Virus record (IMG/VR): IMGVR_UViG_3300035698_006513
DNA from: a virus
DNA: 64,000 nucleotides
Strand: one strand, 5' to 3'
Under the pieces are notes generated by a model. The model saw only the letters and a program-made list of their open reading frames with translations. It was not told the DNA's origin and did no database searches. The first letter of the stretch is position 1; each line of letters opens with the position of its first letter. Made by a program: the position numbers and the translations under genes. This document shows, in pieces, positions 27,933 to 37,391 of the stretch.

Positions 27933-28271
27933 ATGCCAACACAACAAGTAGCACCCAGTGCAACACAATATCATTTATCTCAACTAGACGGTTCAGTTGG
28001 CAGGGGTCTGGTGACCTTTATGTCCGCAAGGGAAATAACAGGCGTATACCTGAAGTCAGCACTGTCTACTAACTGGACGGTGGAGATTGGTGTGATGACA
28101 GACACAGGGGTTGTATTCTTTCCTTGGTTATCTCACTCAGCTAAAACATACGCGGTTGACCTTACTCAGTTTAAGCTCCCTCCCCAATCACAGATAAGAG
28201 TCACGACACCGGTTCTAACCAACTCTGCGCCCACTGCTATTGTCGTCAGCAGACAAATAGCCTGGAGCTAG
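27933..28271 (+). CDS. small beta-rich hypothetical protein (possibly virion)
   Basis: 112 aa with strong AGGAGG RBS. Confidence 0.7.
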   Translation: MPTQQVAPSATQYHLSQLDGSVGRGLVTFMSAREITGVYLKSALSTNWTVEIGVMTDTGVVFFPWLSHSAKTYAVDLTQFKLPPQSQIRVTTPVLTNSAPTAIVVSRQIAWS

Positions 28272-28307
28272 TACAGCACTGTTACCTCGCCTTACTCACT
28301 ACACATA

Positions 28308-28345
28308 ATAAATAATGCACCCTATTTACGTAGTGCATTATTTAT
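28308..28345. terminator. hairpin between convergent genes
   Basis: Perfect 13-bp inverted repeat ATAAATAATGCAC...GTGCATTATTTAT. Confidence 0.5.
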
Positions 28346-28360
28346 GTATCACTCACTTCA

Positions 28361-28507
28361 CTATTCACTCAGTTTCAGTACTACCTTCTTGATATACCCT
28401 ATTTCAATATAGCAGTGTATTGCTATCATCATCAATCCAATATCGACACTGTTGGTATAGTAATAGGAAGCCCCTAATACAATAACCGCACCAATAGCTC
28501 GTAACAT
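28361..28507 (-). CDS. small two-TM membrane protein (48 aa)
   Basis: ATG 28507 follows GGGAG; two hydrophobic segments and a basic tail. Confidence 0.5.
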   Translation of the reverse strand: MLRAIGAVIVLGASYYYTNSVDIGLMMIAIHCYIEIGYIKKVVLKLSE

Positions 28508-28523
28508 GTGACTACTCCCTCGC

Positions 28524-29348
28524 TTATCTAGATGTAAAGCCACCACCCGCACCCAACCCCTGCAACCCCTGCAACCCTTGCAATATTGAGTGATGCTCAT
28601 CCCTTCTGCTAACACCTTCCGCTGGGTCTGCGTACATATTACGCATAGCTGCTTCTATAGTAGAAGACCCGGCACCTTCGGAAGGTACTCTGCCCATAAG
28701 GGCTCCTCGATCAACTGCAACTTTACTCATGTACTCTGGTGCTGGAGAATCAATATTAGTTATCCACCCATTCGCGTCTTTGACCTGCACAGAGGTATCT
28801 GTCTCCTCTTCCAAAGAAGGAACGATACCATTTTCTATCAGCTTGTGCGCAGCTTGAGGTGACCGTGCATTTATCCCGAACTTTTGCTCATGTGTGCGAC
28901 TCACTGTCACGATATAGGGAGCGAACTCGGGACAGCTATCTGCAACTAATTTTACCTTGATGGCCAGATCTTCACCTACACATACCATAACCTCGTGTGC
29001 TGGTTGTAGTAGTGCTGCTAGAGCAGGTATCCTTGTTGTATCCTCATCCGCAGTATGCTCGTTCACCAACCTCCCCATAGCATCTTGAAAATCAACACAA
29101 GGAAGGTCGCTCGTATCTTCCGGTAGTTCAACATCAAGCATAGTATATGCCTCTTCCCATTGAGGCTCAGGTCGTCTTTCGCTACGTGCGACAACAGACA
29201 CTACCCCCTTGAATACCACTTCAGCTACAGTCTCCAACGCGGATACTATGGCAGTCTCCATGTCATCTTCATTAACTGTGATGACTTTAGACGACATCCT
29301 TCCGTTTTCCATATAATGTACTGTCACGTTTGTCATATCTATCTCCAT
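28524..29348 (-). CDS. hypothetical acidic protein
   Basis: 274-aa ORF in operon. Confidence 0.7.
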   Translation of the reverse strand: MEIDMTNVTVHYMENGRMSSKVITVNEDDMETAIVSALETVAEVVFKGVVSVVARSERRPEPQWEEAYTMLDVELPEDTSDLPCVDFQDAMGRLVNEHTADEDTTRIPALAALLQPAHEVMVCVGEDLAIKVKLVADSCPEFAPYIVTVSRTHEQKFGINARSPQAAHKLIENGIVPSLEEETDTSVQVKDANGWITNIDSPAPEYMSKVAVDRGALMGRVPSEGAGSSTIEAAMRNMYADPAEGVSRRDEHHSILQGLQGLQGLGAGGGFTSR

Positions 29349-29351
29349 ACG

Positions 29352-29780
29352 TTAAGGGAATACCACCATCATAGGCGGTAGTAAAATTCCTGCACCAGCA
29401 TCACCTACTACACGATATTGGTACTCTAGGTCTCCGTTATATCTACACAGCTCGGCTAAAGATCTCTCCATCACCTCGTGTGTTTGACTTGTAAGCATCG
29501 CCCATCTACTATCATCTGATGATGTAGCAGGATTAGGCGGTCTATCGGCGCTTCTAACTATAAGCGATCTCTCTACCCATAGCTTTGAATCTTTCAGGCC
29601 CCAACCCGTGAGTATCCTTACAATTTTGATAGTTCGTATCTTATGGTAGTAAGACCTCATATAGAGGTGATACCCCATACCTTTTTCTTCCCGTAGTATG
29701 TTTAGTACCTCATCTATAGACACGCCGCTATCCTGCTTACTTCTCGCCCGCATATGATTGTATAGCTCTTCATAAGTCAT
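29352..29780 (-). CDS. protein with ribosomal L7/L12 C-terminal-like domain
   Basis: HKIRTIKIVRILTGWGLKDSKLWVE resembles the bL12 motif KIAVIKAVR..TGLGLKEAKDLVE. Confidence 0.65.
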   Translation of the reverse strand: MTYEELYNHMRARSKQDSGVSIDEVLNILREEKGMGYHLYMRSYYHKIRTIKIVRILTGWGLKDSKLWVERSLIVRSADRPPNPATSSDDSRWAMLTSQTHEVMERSLAELCRYNGDLEYQYRVVGDAGAGILLPPMMVVFP

Positions 29781-30054
29781 CTTCTTCCTCTGCCTCGCTG
29801 AATGTTTGTATTAAAGTTACCTCTTCCTCGCTAGGTATGCTGCCTTGTGCGTCTGTTTACTTCCGTCCTGTTCGTCGACTCTCTGGAGGTATGATCCGCT
29901 CTTCTGGGAGCCCTCGCAGCTACATCAGCTTGTATACCTATATCATTGCCTGTCCAAGACTCAATGTGAACCGTACTAGTACCGCCAGTAGAAGCTGTAT
30001 AACACCGCCTAAGCATATACTCCTTATTAAGTATATCCACTAGCAAATTATCCA

Positions 30055-30291
30055 TCATACGCACACAATTCCCTCACCATGTGTGTCTGTAACAGCATTC
30101 ATGCGAGAATTGGCAAATTCTGACGCCTCTACCTCAGCATATACGACCTCGTCATTGGGACCATCCAGCAGCAGAGACAATGTATGCGGCTCTACGAATA
30201 AATCCTTTGTGTGCTGAGGTGTACCTTCGGGCCAACCTTTATAATTACGTCCTACAATCTCCCTTAACTTGTAAATTTTGTTTTCTTTCAT
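30055..30291 (-). CDS. hypothetical protein
   Basis: 78 aa with AAGGAG RBS. Confidence 0.6.
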   Translation of the reverse strand: MKENKIYKLREIVGRNYKGWPEGTPQHTKDLFVEPHTLSLLLDGPNDEVVYAEVEASEFANSRMNAVTDTHGEGIVCV

Positions 30292-30301
30292 ACCTACTCC
30301 T

Positions 30302-30648
30302 TTACCGTCTCTTTCGAGCTATTGAGTCCACTTTAAAAGCGGTACCCGACATATTATCCATTACCTTCCTCATGCGTACGCTCTCTCGTTCTTTCTGCTC
30401 TTCTATATAAGGATAGGAAGCAACTTGGAATGCTTCCATTGTCTTCTGCAAGTTTTTACCTGCGGACTCCGATTCGGAAGATGCAGCAATCGAGGCACTG
30501 GCTTGTACCATAGCGGCTTGGAATAATCTATCTTCACGCATACTGTAAAGAAGTGCAAACGCTGTATGTTGTAATGTCCCCGCTTTGGGCGTGCGACTAG
30601 TAGTTTCGTACATCATATTGCACAGCACCCACCCGTACGGGGTGCTTA
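30302..30648 (-). CDS. tail assembly chaperone, -1 frameshift extension (gpT-like)
   Basis: Open -1 frame continues from TCT TTT TAA of the upstream gene; no convincing RBS of its own. Confidence 0.55.
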
Positions 30649-31356
30649 AAAAGACCGCACGCTCTCCGGTGCATGGAGATAAACTACTCTATCCAAGAAT
30701 AGGTGAAGTAGCACTTGAAAGTCATTAGTCAGTGCATCTGGCAATTGAGACAGCGCTGCTTTTTTCTTCTTGGCATTGGCCAGCTGAGGTACTTCTATAC
30801 CCAGTTTTTCGTTCAACACGTAAACATCTGCTACTCCAGCTAAGGGTTCGCCATTGACGCGTACAATACTGAGGGCTAGGTCGTTGAGTACTTGTGATGC
30901 ATTAGTAGCATTGAGTAGTACAATCATATCATCATCAGTAATATCCTGACTCTTCTTAACCTTATCGTATGCTTCGGCCTCGAGAGAGGACCACGCGGAC
31001 AAGAACTCACCGTCCATATTACGCGCCGAACGGAACGTGACATTCACATGCTCATTTAGAAACACTGTCTGTTCTACATACCCACGATTTAGGTATTGCC
31101 CTACAGTCATTACCTCGGGGTCCAGGCGCATTGCAACTGTACGAGCTTTGTCGTTAATAGGGGACCAAGGCATGTGCTCCACGGCAGGTTGCTGAAAGTC
31201 TGGGTCGAAAGAATTGATACTTTGGGTGATTTCTTGTACACAGGAACTTAACACATCTCCATCAAATTTCTGAAGAGTCGTGCGTATGTTATCAATGGCA
31301 GTATTGATAACACCGGCTACGTTGACTTCTTTCTTTGCTGCTTCTTGATCAGGCAT
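30646..31356 (-). CDS. tail assembly chaperone (gpG-like)
   Basis: ATG 31356 follows GGAG; ends in slippery TTTTTAA followed by a hairpin. Confidence 0.55.
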   Translation of the reverse strand: MPDQEAAKKEVNVAGVINTAIDNIRTTLQKFDGDVLSSCVQEITQSINSFDPDFQQPAVEHMPWSPINDKARTVAMRLDPEVMTVGQYLNRGYVEQTVFLNEHVNVTFRSARNMDGEFLSAWSSLEAEAYDKVKKSQDITDDDMIVLLNATNASQVLNDLALSIVRVNGEPLAGVADVYVLNEKLGIEVPQLANAKKKKAALSQLPDALTNDFQVLLHLFLDRVVYLHAPESVRSF

Positions 31357-31406
31357 ATTTATTCTCCAAGTTAAAGTCACGAACTGCAATATAAACTAAC
31401 CCGACC

Positions 31407-31436
31407 ATCCTATGTGCATTGTGTATGTTTTGTCAA
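31407..31436 (-). promoter_or_regulatory. sigma70-type promoter
   Basis: TTGACA-N18-TAGGAT about 50 nt upstream of start 31356. Confidence 0.5.
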
Positions 31437-31523
31437 GTTACCATGTGGTATAGGAAGACAGAGTGTGTACAGGAGACGACACACTGTGACAACAGTACAC
31501 TAAACGTAGACAGGAGAGGACAA

Positions 31524-31956
31524 ATGACTAAAAAGTTGGAATCTTATGAGAACGACTATCCCAGGTCAAGTGCGATTTATCTAATATGGATATGTCGCAG
31601 GGCTATGGCTAGTACGCAAGGACATCACAGTTGAGTTTTCTCCCAGCAACTGTGAATGGGTCACCCCTAAAGTTGCCTGCTCACGGCGCAAAAACTGTGA
31701 GCGTGTTACTGCGTGGGGAGAGAAGAAGCATCTAAAAGAATGGGCAGAGGATCCAAGATGTACGGTCACATACACCGGACTAGTACAGAGACTGGCCCGT
31801 ATGCGTGCTAAATACGACGGTGTTTGGAACGAGCGAGACGTAGAGTACTCAATATCCACACCGCTACGTAGAGGTGTGAAGCTGGAGTACCCCTGCAGTG
31901 CACCAGCTCCCATCTCAATGATACACCCTAAATCACGACTAGCTAGATCTAGTTGA
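31524..31956 (+). pseudogene. frameshifted, degenerate HNH homing-endonuclease-like gene
   Basis: AGGAGAGG RBS and ATG 31524; startless frame 31585-31956 reads GYVAGLWLVRKD...FSPSNCEWVT...VTAWGEKKHLKEWAEDPRC. Confidence 0.6.
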
Positions 31957-32037
31957 TATGTAAGGAGACTGCACATCTCTTTATTTATTAGCTAAGAAAA
32001 TTGCCTCGGACGAGGCGGGGAAGTTAGTTGGCAAGTA

Positions 32038-32481
32038 TTACTGTTGGGAGTAGAAGTCATCGCGGGTGAGGTCAACAGTAGATCCACCGGTCTTAGTAAT
32101 TCCGGAGCTGGATGGTCCAGAATCTTGGTCGGAGGTATCTACGGTTCTTTGAGGAACAGCCTGTTGTGGGGCTGCGGATGCAGCAGCTGCAGCTGCTGCT
32201 ACACTGACAATGTCCCCCGTGGACAAGTCCACGGCCATTGTGGGGTCGAGTTCATACCGACTATTTTCTTCATTGTACTTGTACACACCGGCAGGGTTGG
32301 AGGTAAAGTCCAAAGAATAAGTAGCAACTCCTTGGGTATTAGCCCCCATGTCAGGTCGTGGGATCAGTACATCCTGGTCGATGCTTTGTTGAAGACTTTC
32401 TATCACAGGGTCAGCGGCTACTTCGACCTCGGCTACTTCGACGGCGATTCCGGGGGCGGTATTCTCTGTAGTCATTCTCAT
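32038..32481 (-). CDS. low-complexity acidic hypothetical protein
   Basis: AAGGAG RBS; poly-Ala tract. Confidence 0.7.
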   Translation of the reverse strand: MRMTTENTAPGIAVEVAEVEVAADPVIESLQQSIDQDVLIPRPDMGANTQGVATYSLDFTSNPAGVYKYNEENSRYELDPTMAVDLSTGDIVSVAAAAAAASAAPQQAVPQRTVDTSDQDSGPSSSGITKTGGSTVDLTRDDFYSQQ

Positions 32482-32551
32482 TCTCCTTACGGGTTAGATT
32501 TGCTAATGCAAATATTGTTCATACGCTTATAGCTGAAAACACCTGGGTTTT

Positions 32552-32764
32552 TTACTCCTGCAATTCAGCCATAAACTCTACTACTTCTTGATAGACGGCA
32601 GAGTTCGATGTCTCAGACTTTGCCTGTAACCACCCGAGCAACATGAACCACCTCTCACCATAACCATCTTCTGTAGGTTTAGCTAGGTATCTGGCTATGA
32701 GCCGCCTTAAATCTGGAGGTATGGATTTTATGTTTACGTCAATTGCCTGGGTGGGGAAGTTCAT
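32552..32764 (-). CDS. hypothetical protein
   Basis: 70 aa with TAATG coupling. Confidence 0.6.
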   Translation of the reverse strand: MNFPTQAIDVNIKSIPPDLRRLIARYLAKPTEDGYGERWFMLLGWLQAKSETSNSAVYQEVVEFMAELQE

Positions 32765-33369
32765 TAGTATAGAGCCTTTATTATGGCTGTGAGCTTATCA
32801 CATAACTCATCCTCAGGAAGATCTGCGCCCACAATAATTCTGTGTTTATTGAACATACTATGTGCAAACACTGTGTCATACGCACGAATTAGTTCCTTTG
32901 TGGGTATCCGGTCAAAGTGATCCTTTCCTCCTCTTGCCTCTTTTCTCCTCTCCGCCTCTTCCGCAGAAGGTCGCAGGTATATGTACGCATCTGGTGTAGG
33001 CATAAGATGATGCATAGTAGTGATGAACTCTTCTCGTATACCTAACTCATGCGCCTGATACACAGCTGTACTGATCCAAGACCTATCTTGGATCGCCACT
33101 CTCCTAATAAGCTCATTTTGAACACTTATAAATGGGAGTATCTTGGTGGAAAACTGGTTAAGTCTGTCCAGCGTGAATAGATACATCAGGTCTCGGGCAG
33201 ATAGATTTGCAGAATGTTCCCTTATTGTAGCACCATGTCCTTCTGTTGTAGGCTCGATATACCTTGATACAAAAGAACAGTCGTCCAATAGAGCCGCTCC
33301 CAATTTCTTGGCCTGCGTACTCTTTCCGCATCCGTCTGGACCTTCTAGGACGATCCATATATTATGCAT
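32764..33369 (-). CDS. tmk: thymidylate (dTMP) kinase
   Basis: P-loop LEGPDGCGKST, EP motif, QDRSWISTAVYQ, PDAYIYL. Confidence 0.9.
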   Translation of the reverse strand: MHNIWIVLEGPDGCGKSTQAKKLGAALLDDCSFVSRYIEPTTEGHGATIREHSANLSARDLMYLFTLDRLNQFSTKILPFISVQNELIRRVAIQDRSWISTAVYQAHELGIREEFITTMHHLMPTPDAYIYLRPSAEEAERRKEARGGKDHFDRIPTKELIRAYDTVFAHSMFNKHRIIVGADLPEDELCDKLTAIIKALY

Positions 33370-34228
33370 TGTTCTTAGTCCATTCCTGAACGGTTTCTGT
33401 GTAGAACTTACGGAACTTTTCGTTTGTGTCCCGATTCTTCTTCCCCATTATGTTGAAGATTGAGTGGAAATCTTGGTTATGGCTGTCCATCCAATCTTGG
33501 AAGGTAGCCCATTTACCTGCCGCTTTAATATCAGAGAAAGCGGTGTCTATAATAAACCGAGACACGACACGTTGTTTGATGCAATCATGTGTGAGAATGC
33601 GGTTGCGTGCATTCGTGTATTGACAGAGCATTTGCCCATTACCCTGACGCCCGTACACATGGTCAATGGGGATGTCTAAAAGTTTCCAGAATGCGTTAGG
33701 TACCCATACCCAAGGTTGGGCGCGTCTAGGATCTATCCAATGCCTACGATCCGCAGTGTCACCAGCACTGTACCCATAACTCACGCGAATAGGGACCATC
33801 AACATCATCCCCTCTTTCGGGTTGTTATGAAACCACTTGTTTACACGACGGGCTAAGGAACGGTCCATTGTTTTCAGTCTTTTGGCAGCAAGACTTAACA
33901 AAGGACGACCATTCACAGGAATGGGTACACTCCCAACGAACATGGGATTGTGCTCTCTTCTCTCCTCTTTCTCCCCTGTAATGGGGTTGGCCACACCATC
34001 TGCGGTGTAAATGTAAGGTACGCCGTTATCTTCCATCACTTCACTGGTGCTCGTACTTGCTACCATTGCGAAGAATGGGAACGCAGTGGCCATTCCGCGT
34101 ACAGACTCTCTCCAAAAGTCTCGACCATCCTCTTCGTACACCAGTGATGCGGTGTCCGCATAAGGGTATTCTAACTTTTGGACTTCCCCGTTAACTTCGA
34201 TGACTTTCGTGTATTTGATGTTTTCCAT
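33362..34228 (-). CDS. hypothetical protein
   Basis: 288 aa with AGGAG RBS. Confidence 0.75.
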   Translation of the reverse strand: MENIKYTKVIEVNGEVQKLEYPYADTASLVYEEDGRDFWRESVRGMATAFPFFAMVASTSTSEVMEDNGVPYIYTADGVANPITGEKEERREHNPMFVGSVPIPVNGRPLLSLAAKRLKTMDRSLARRVNKWFHNNPKEGMMLMVPIRVSYGYSAGDTADRRHWIDPRRAQPWVWVPNAFWKLLDIPIDHVYGRQGNGQMLCQYTNARNRILTHDCIKQRVVSRFIIDTAFSDIKAAGKWATFQDWMDSHNQDFHSIFNIMGKKNRDTNEKFRKFYTETVQEWTKNNA

Positions 34229-34230
34229 AC

Positions 34231-34956
34231 TTACTCCTGTAAGATATTATAAGTCCTCTCTGAACCTGAGCCACGTATAATAGTGGCTTCTCGTGTACCA
34301 GATTCCAACAACACCAAAACCTCAGATGGAGAGGACGCTCCTTCAAACTCGTTACGTGCGTAGTTCTCTGCTGTTGGCATTGGCTTATGTCGATACTCCT
34401 CCTGAGAATTCACATATTGCTGCGAGTAAGGAGCAGCTAACACAAAGTGCCTACGTAGCTTAAGTCCTATAATATCTCCCCAAGAATCTAGGTTGTAGTT
34501 GGCCATGTTTACACGTTCGTACGCATCATCATTAAGATACGGATGAACAGAGTCAGCCCAAGCTAATCCTGATCTGTTGATACCTAGCAACGACCCAGGC
34601 ACATGAGGCATCATAGACATGAAGAAGAAAGGTTTGCCTGACAATTGTCCGTAGTACACTTGCACTTTGTCATCAACGTCAAACTTGTAGGTACAGGCCA
34701 ACATGTTTCCGCCTAAGCAGCGAATACGTCCAGTAGGCTTGTGCTGAGCTGCTATCATAGTAGAGTACAGCTCAGGAATTTCTATACCAGTCACTTCACG
34801 CAGACCGCGAAAGAACTTATATAAAAAAGCACTACCTTGAAAGTTGTGTGTGAAGTGCTCTTGATGGTTTTCCTCGAAATACCAAGAAAACGTCTCACCA
34901 AAATCTCTACCTAGTTCTTCAATGTCCCCATCAAAATGCGTAACGTTGAGTTCCAT
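34231..34956 (-). CDS. possible peptidase C45/Ntn-hydrolase-like protein
   Basis: N-terminal GDIEELGRDFG and internal PGSLLGINRSGLA motifs. Confidence 0.4.
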   Translation of the reverse strand: MELNVTHFDGDIEELGRDFGETFSWYFEENHQEHFTHNFQGSAFLYKFFRGLREVTGIEIPELYSTMIAAQHKPTGRIRCLGGNMLACTYKFDVDDKVQVYYGQLSGKPFFFMSMMPHVPGSLLGINRSGLAWADSVHPYLNDDAYERVNMANYNLDSWGDIIGLKLRRHFVLAAPYSQQYVNSQEEYRHKPMPTAENYARNEFEGASSPSEVLVLLESGTREATIIRGSGSERTYNILQE

Positions 34957-34959
34957 AAC

Positions 34960-35571
34960 CTACTCCATAGTCATCCATGTCAATTCAGGAAGACCTTCGT
35001 AATTTTTTTGCCATACGAACCATGCGTACTCAGAGTTGTCCGTTTTATTACTGCCTGCAATAAAAGACGGACGCACCGGAAGTATGTGTATCCTGCGTAA
35101 TGGCGTCTTCATTGTTGTGCCACCATCAACAGACCACAATGCCTTCGTACGTGCTTGCGTAGAGATAAAACCGAGACGCAGTAATAATACTAAACACCCA
35201 TCATCTGTCAACATAGGCAAAGAGTGTTCGACGAACTTCTTTGCCTGAGAAAACGGTGGGTTGGTAATAATCATATCACACTGTACGGTAGACTCCCAAC
35301 GCATAAAATCTGTGCGTGTGAATGAAGCAATGCTAATATCATCACCCCAATCTTCATTGCGCGTATAAGCAGGCTCATCATGTATCTCTACTCCCATCAT
35401 GAGTGCCTTGTCTAAGACATCCCCAATTGAGTACAGAATCCTACCATCACCTGCCGCAGGATCTAATATAATGGGTGTGCAGGTAGGGTCTGTGGGTAAG
35501 TACTTCTGAAGATGCGTCTTCACGAACGCATCTATGTAAGCAGGACGGGTAGCATAGTAATCTACGGTCAT
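34960..35571 (-). CDS. DNA amino-methyltransferase (m6A/m4C)
   Basis: SAM motif ILDPAAGDG and catalytic ITNPPFS; start MTVDYYAT by ATGA overlap. Confidence 0.85.
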   Translation of the reverse strand: MTVDYYATRPAYIDAFVKTHLQKYLPTDPTCTPIILDPAAGDGRILYSIGDVLDKALMMGVEIHDEPAYTRNEDWGDDISIASFTRTDFMRWESTVQCDMIITNPPFSQAKKFVEHSLPMLTDDGCLVLLLRLGFISTQARTKALWSVDGGTTMKTPLRRIHILPVRPSFIAGSNKTDNSEYAWFVWQKNYEGLPELTWMTME

Positions 35572-35930
35572 TTGGAGCCTCCTACAACAACATCGTGTAT
35601 ATTGGGTTGAGTCTCCCCATCCCAATCCTCAGAACCTACACTCCAACACAGGACGGAACCATTGAGTACTTCTGCAACAGCTTCTGCCTCTTCAATAGAA
35701 GTAAAATCATACTCATTGATCCTTTCCTGCTTCGCATCAACTACCATATATAATGATAGTTCGCGCAGCTGTATCGCACGAGATACATGGTCCTCTGTAG
35801 GCACCATATCTATCTCTGTACGAGTCCAGCCACACAGCATACAGGCGAAGGTAGCAGATATTAGTCCACTACCTTTACCTTCTTCTACTATATCCAACTT
35901 GGCGTTGGAGCAGTGTGGGCATTCTTTCAT
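35568..35930 (-). CDS. Zn-ribbon protein
   Basis: CPHC...CMLC. Confidence 0.65.
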   Translation of the reverse strand: MKECPHCSNAKLDIVEEGKGSGLISATFACMLCGWTRTEIDMVPTEDHVSRAIQLRELSLYMVVDAKQERINEYDFTSIEEAEAVAEVLNGSVLCWSVGSEDWDGETQPNIHDVVVGGSK

Positions 35931-35932
35931 GC

Positions 35933-36121
35933 CTAACCTCCTATAAGCATTCCGGTAGACGTATTTACAATTTCCTCTGTCTCACCTACGTCAATATCAC
36001 CAGGCTCAGAAACGAAGATGTCGTCAGTATCATCCAACTCCACCACTTCTTCCTGTACTAGCGGAGTTTGGCCATTGGCGCTAATGATAAGACTCGGCCC
36101 TCGGAGTTTATGGCTGTCCAT
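35933..36121 (-). CDS. small acidic protein
   Basis: 62-aa ORF that fills the gap. Confidence 0.5.
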   Translation of the reverse strand: MDSHKLRGPSLIISANGQTPLVQEEVVELDDTDDIFVSEPGDIDVGETEEIVNTSTGMLIGG

Positions 36122-36255
36122 TTCTGCTCATTCTCTCCTTCGCCTGTAACGAAGATTATTGCGTTTTTGTGGGGGAATGGGTCTAGGTCGTTACTTGTAT
36201 CTATATACATACGTGTGACCTTGAGACCTTCGGGCTTCACTTCTTTATCAGCCAT
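36058..36255 (-). CDS. small hypothetical protein
   Basis: 65 aa with AGGTG RBS. Confidence 0.5.
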   Translation of the reverse strand: MADKEVKPEGLKVTRMYIDTSNDLDPFPHKNAIIFVTGEGENEQKWTAINSEGRVLSLAPMAKLR

Positions 36256-36547
36256 CTGTGTTCACCTTTTCCATCTTCATTTCTGCTAATTCTTTCGCTG
36301 ATTCTAGGTGTGCTCTAACACGTTCCAGTGCAATCTTCATCACGTCATAATAGTCGGACTCCTTTGTGAGTGCGTACAGCGTCAGATGATTCATCAAGGA
36401 ATCATAAAGTGCGTACATCCCCGTATTTCGATTGAGGTACAAACCTCCTTCTGCAGGTTTGTGAGGTTTCAACACTACAACTTGGTCTACGTTCATGGAG
36501 TCGAACGTAGGTTTTGCCAACTCTTCGGGAATGAGGATAGAAATCAT
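36248..36547 (-). CDS. hypothetical protein
   Basis: 99 aa with ATGA coupling. Confidence 0.6.
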   Translation of the reverse strand: MISILIPEELAKPTFDSMNVDQVVVLKPHKPAEGGLYLNRNTGMYALYDSLMNHLTLYALTKESDYYDVMKIALERVRAHLESAKELAEMKMEKVNTDG

Positions 36548-37329
36548 GAAACACCTCGTAATGAGTTAATAATGTCTTCGCGGAATGCGTGCAGACCGTC
36601 TGCAGCATTATCTCTACCTTGCCCCAAACGCGTGTCGCCGTAGTAATACCAACTACCCCTAGTACTAACTACACCAATAGATACGCATAGCCACAGCAGC
36701 TCTAATTTAGGGCGTAACTTACCCTGATCTACGGGAATATAGCACCACTGACCGGGACGTGTATATGGGTCTTGCTCTATCGTAAGTTTTATACCTTTAA
36801 CAGATCGATACATGGATATGTGGAACGAGGCTCCTTGCCATACAGCTGCGTTTGCTGTAGTCGTTTTGCCTCGTCCGCGTACTTGCGCTGTACACAATAC
36901 CACAGAGTTTGTACGTACCGCAGTATGGTTTAGGTGACTTAGTAAATGGCGTGTTGCGGGGGTGATGGAGTCAGTATCACTCAACATACTACCATTGTCC
37001 CAGTCAGAACGTATCATAGATAACGAATCCACAACAATAAGACTTGGGTGATTTATGCGGGTGAGTATATCTATAATGTTACCTACACGATTCTCCCTAA
37101 AAACCGTAATATTCTCCGCACACTCTTCCGAAGCGCGAAGGAAGTCACGATCAAACATCTCTGCGGCGAATAGTATTGGAAGCAGCTCAGAGTTCTGCGT
37201 AGCTACAAGTGAGGCGTTGCATAATAATGTCTTGCCTACGCTCTCTGGTCCACGTAGCACATACACATGCCCTGGACGATACCCTCCGCCCACCAGTACG
37301 TCCAAACTAGATGATCCAGAATCGTACAT
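36544..37329 (-). CDS. RecA/UvsX-like ATPase (shortened)
   Basis: Walker A GPESVGKT, Walker B IVVDSL and RecA C-domain GSWYYYGDTRLGQGRDNA. Confidence 0.85.
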   Translation of the reverse strand: MYDSGSSSLDVLVGGGYRPGHVYVLRGPESVGKTLLCNASLVATQNSELLPILFAAEMFDRDFLRASEECAENITVFRENRVGNIIDILTRINHPSLIVVDSLSMIRSDWDNGSMLSDTDSITPATRHLLSHLNHTAVRTNSVVLCTAQVRGRGKTTTANAAVWQGASFHISMYRSVKGIKLTIEQDPYTRPGQWCYIPVDQGKLRPKLELLWLCVSIGVVSTRGSWYYYGDTRLGQGRDNAADGLHAFREDIINSLRGVS

Positions 37330-37391
37330 AATACCTCCATATTTTTCTGCTATAAGTGAATAACCCCTTATATCATAACCGGAGGTGTTTC

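Noticed and set aside
29777-30064. TAG readthrough of ORF 29831..30064 to the TGA overlapping the next start
   Set aside because: All three frames contain stops and none gives a recognisable protein. The region looks degenerate.
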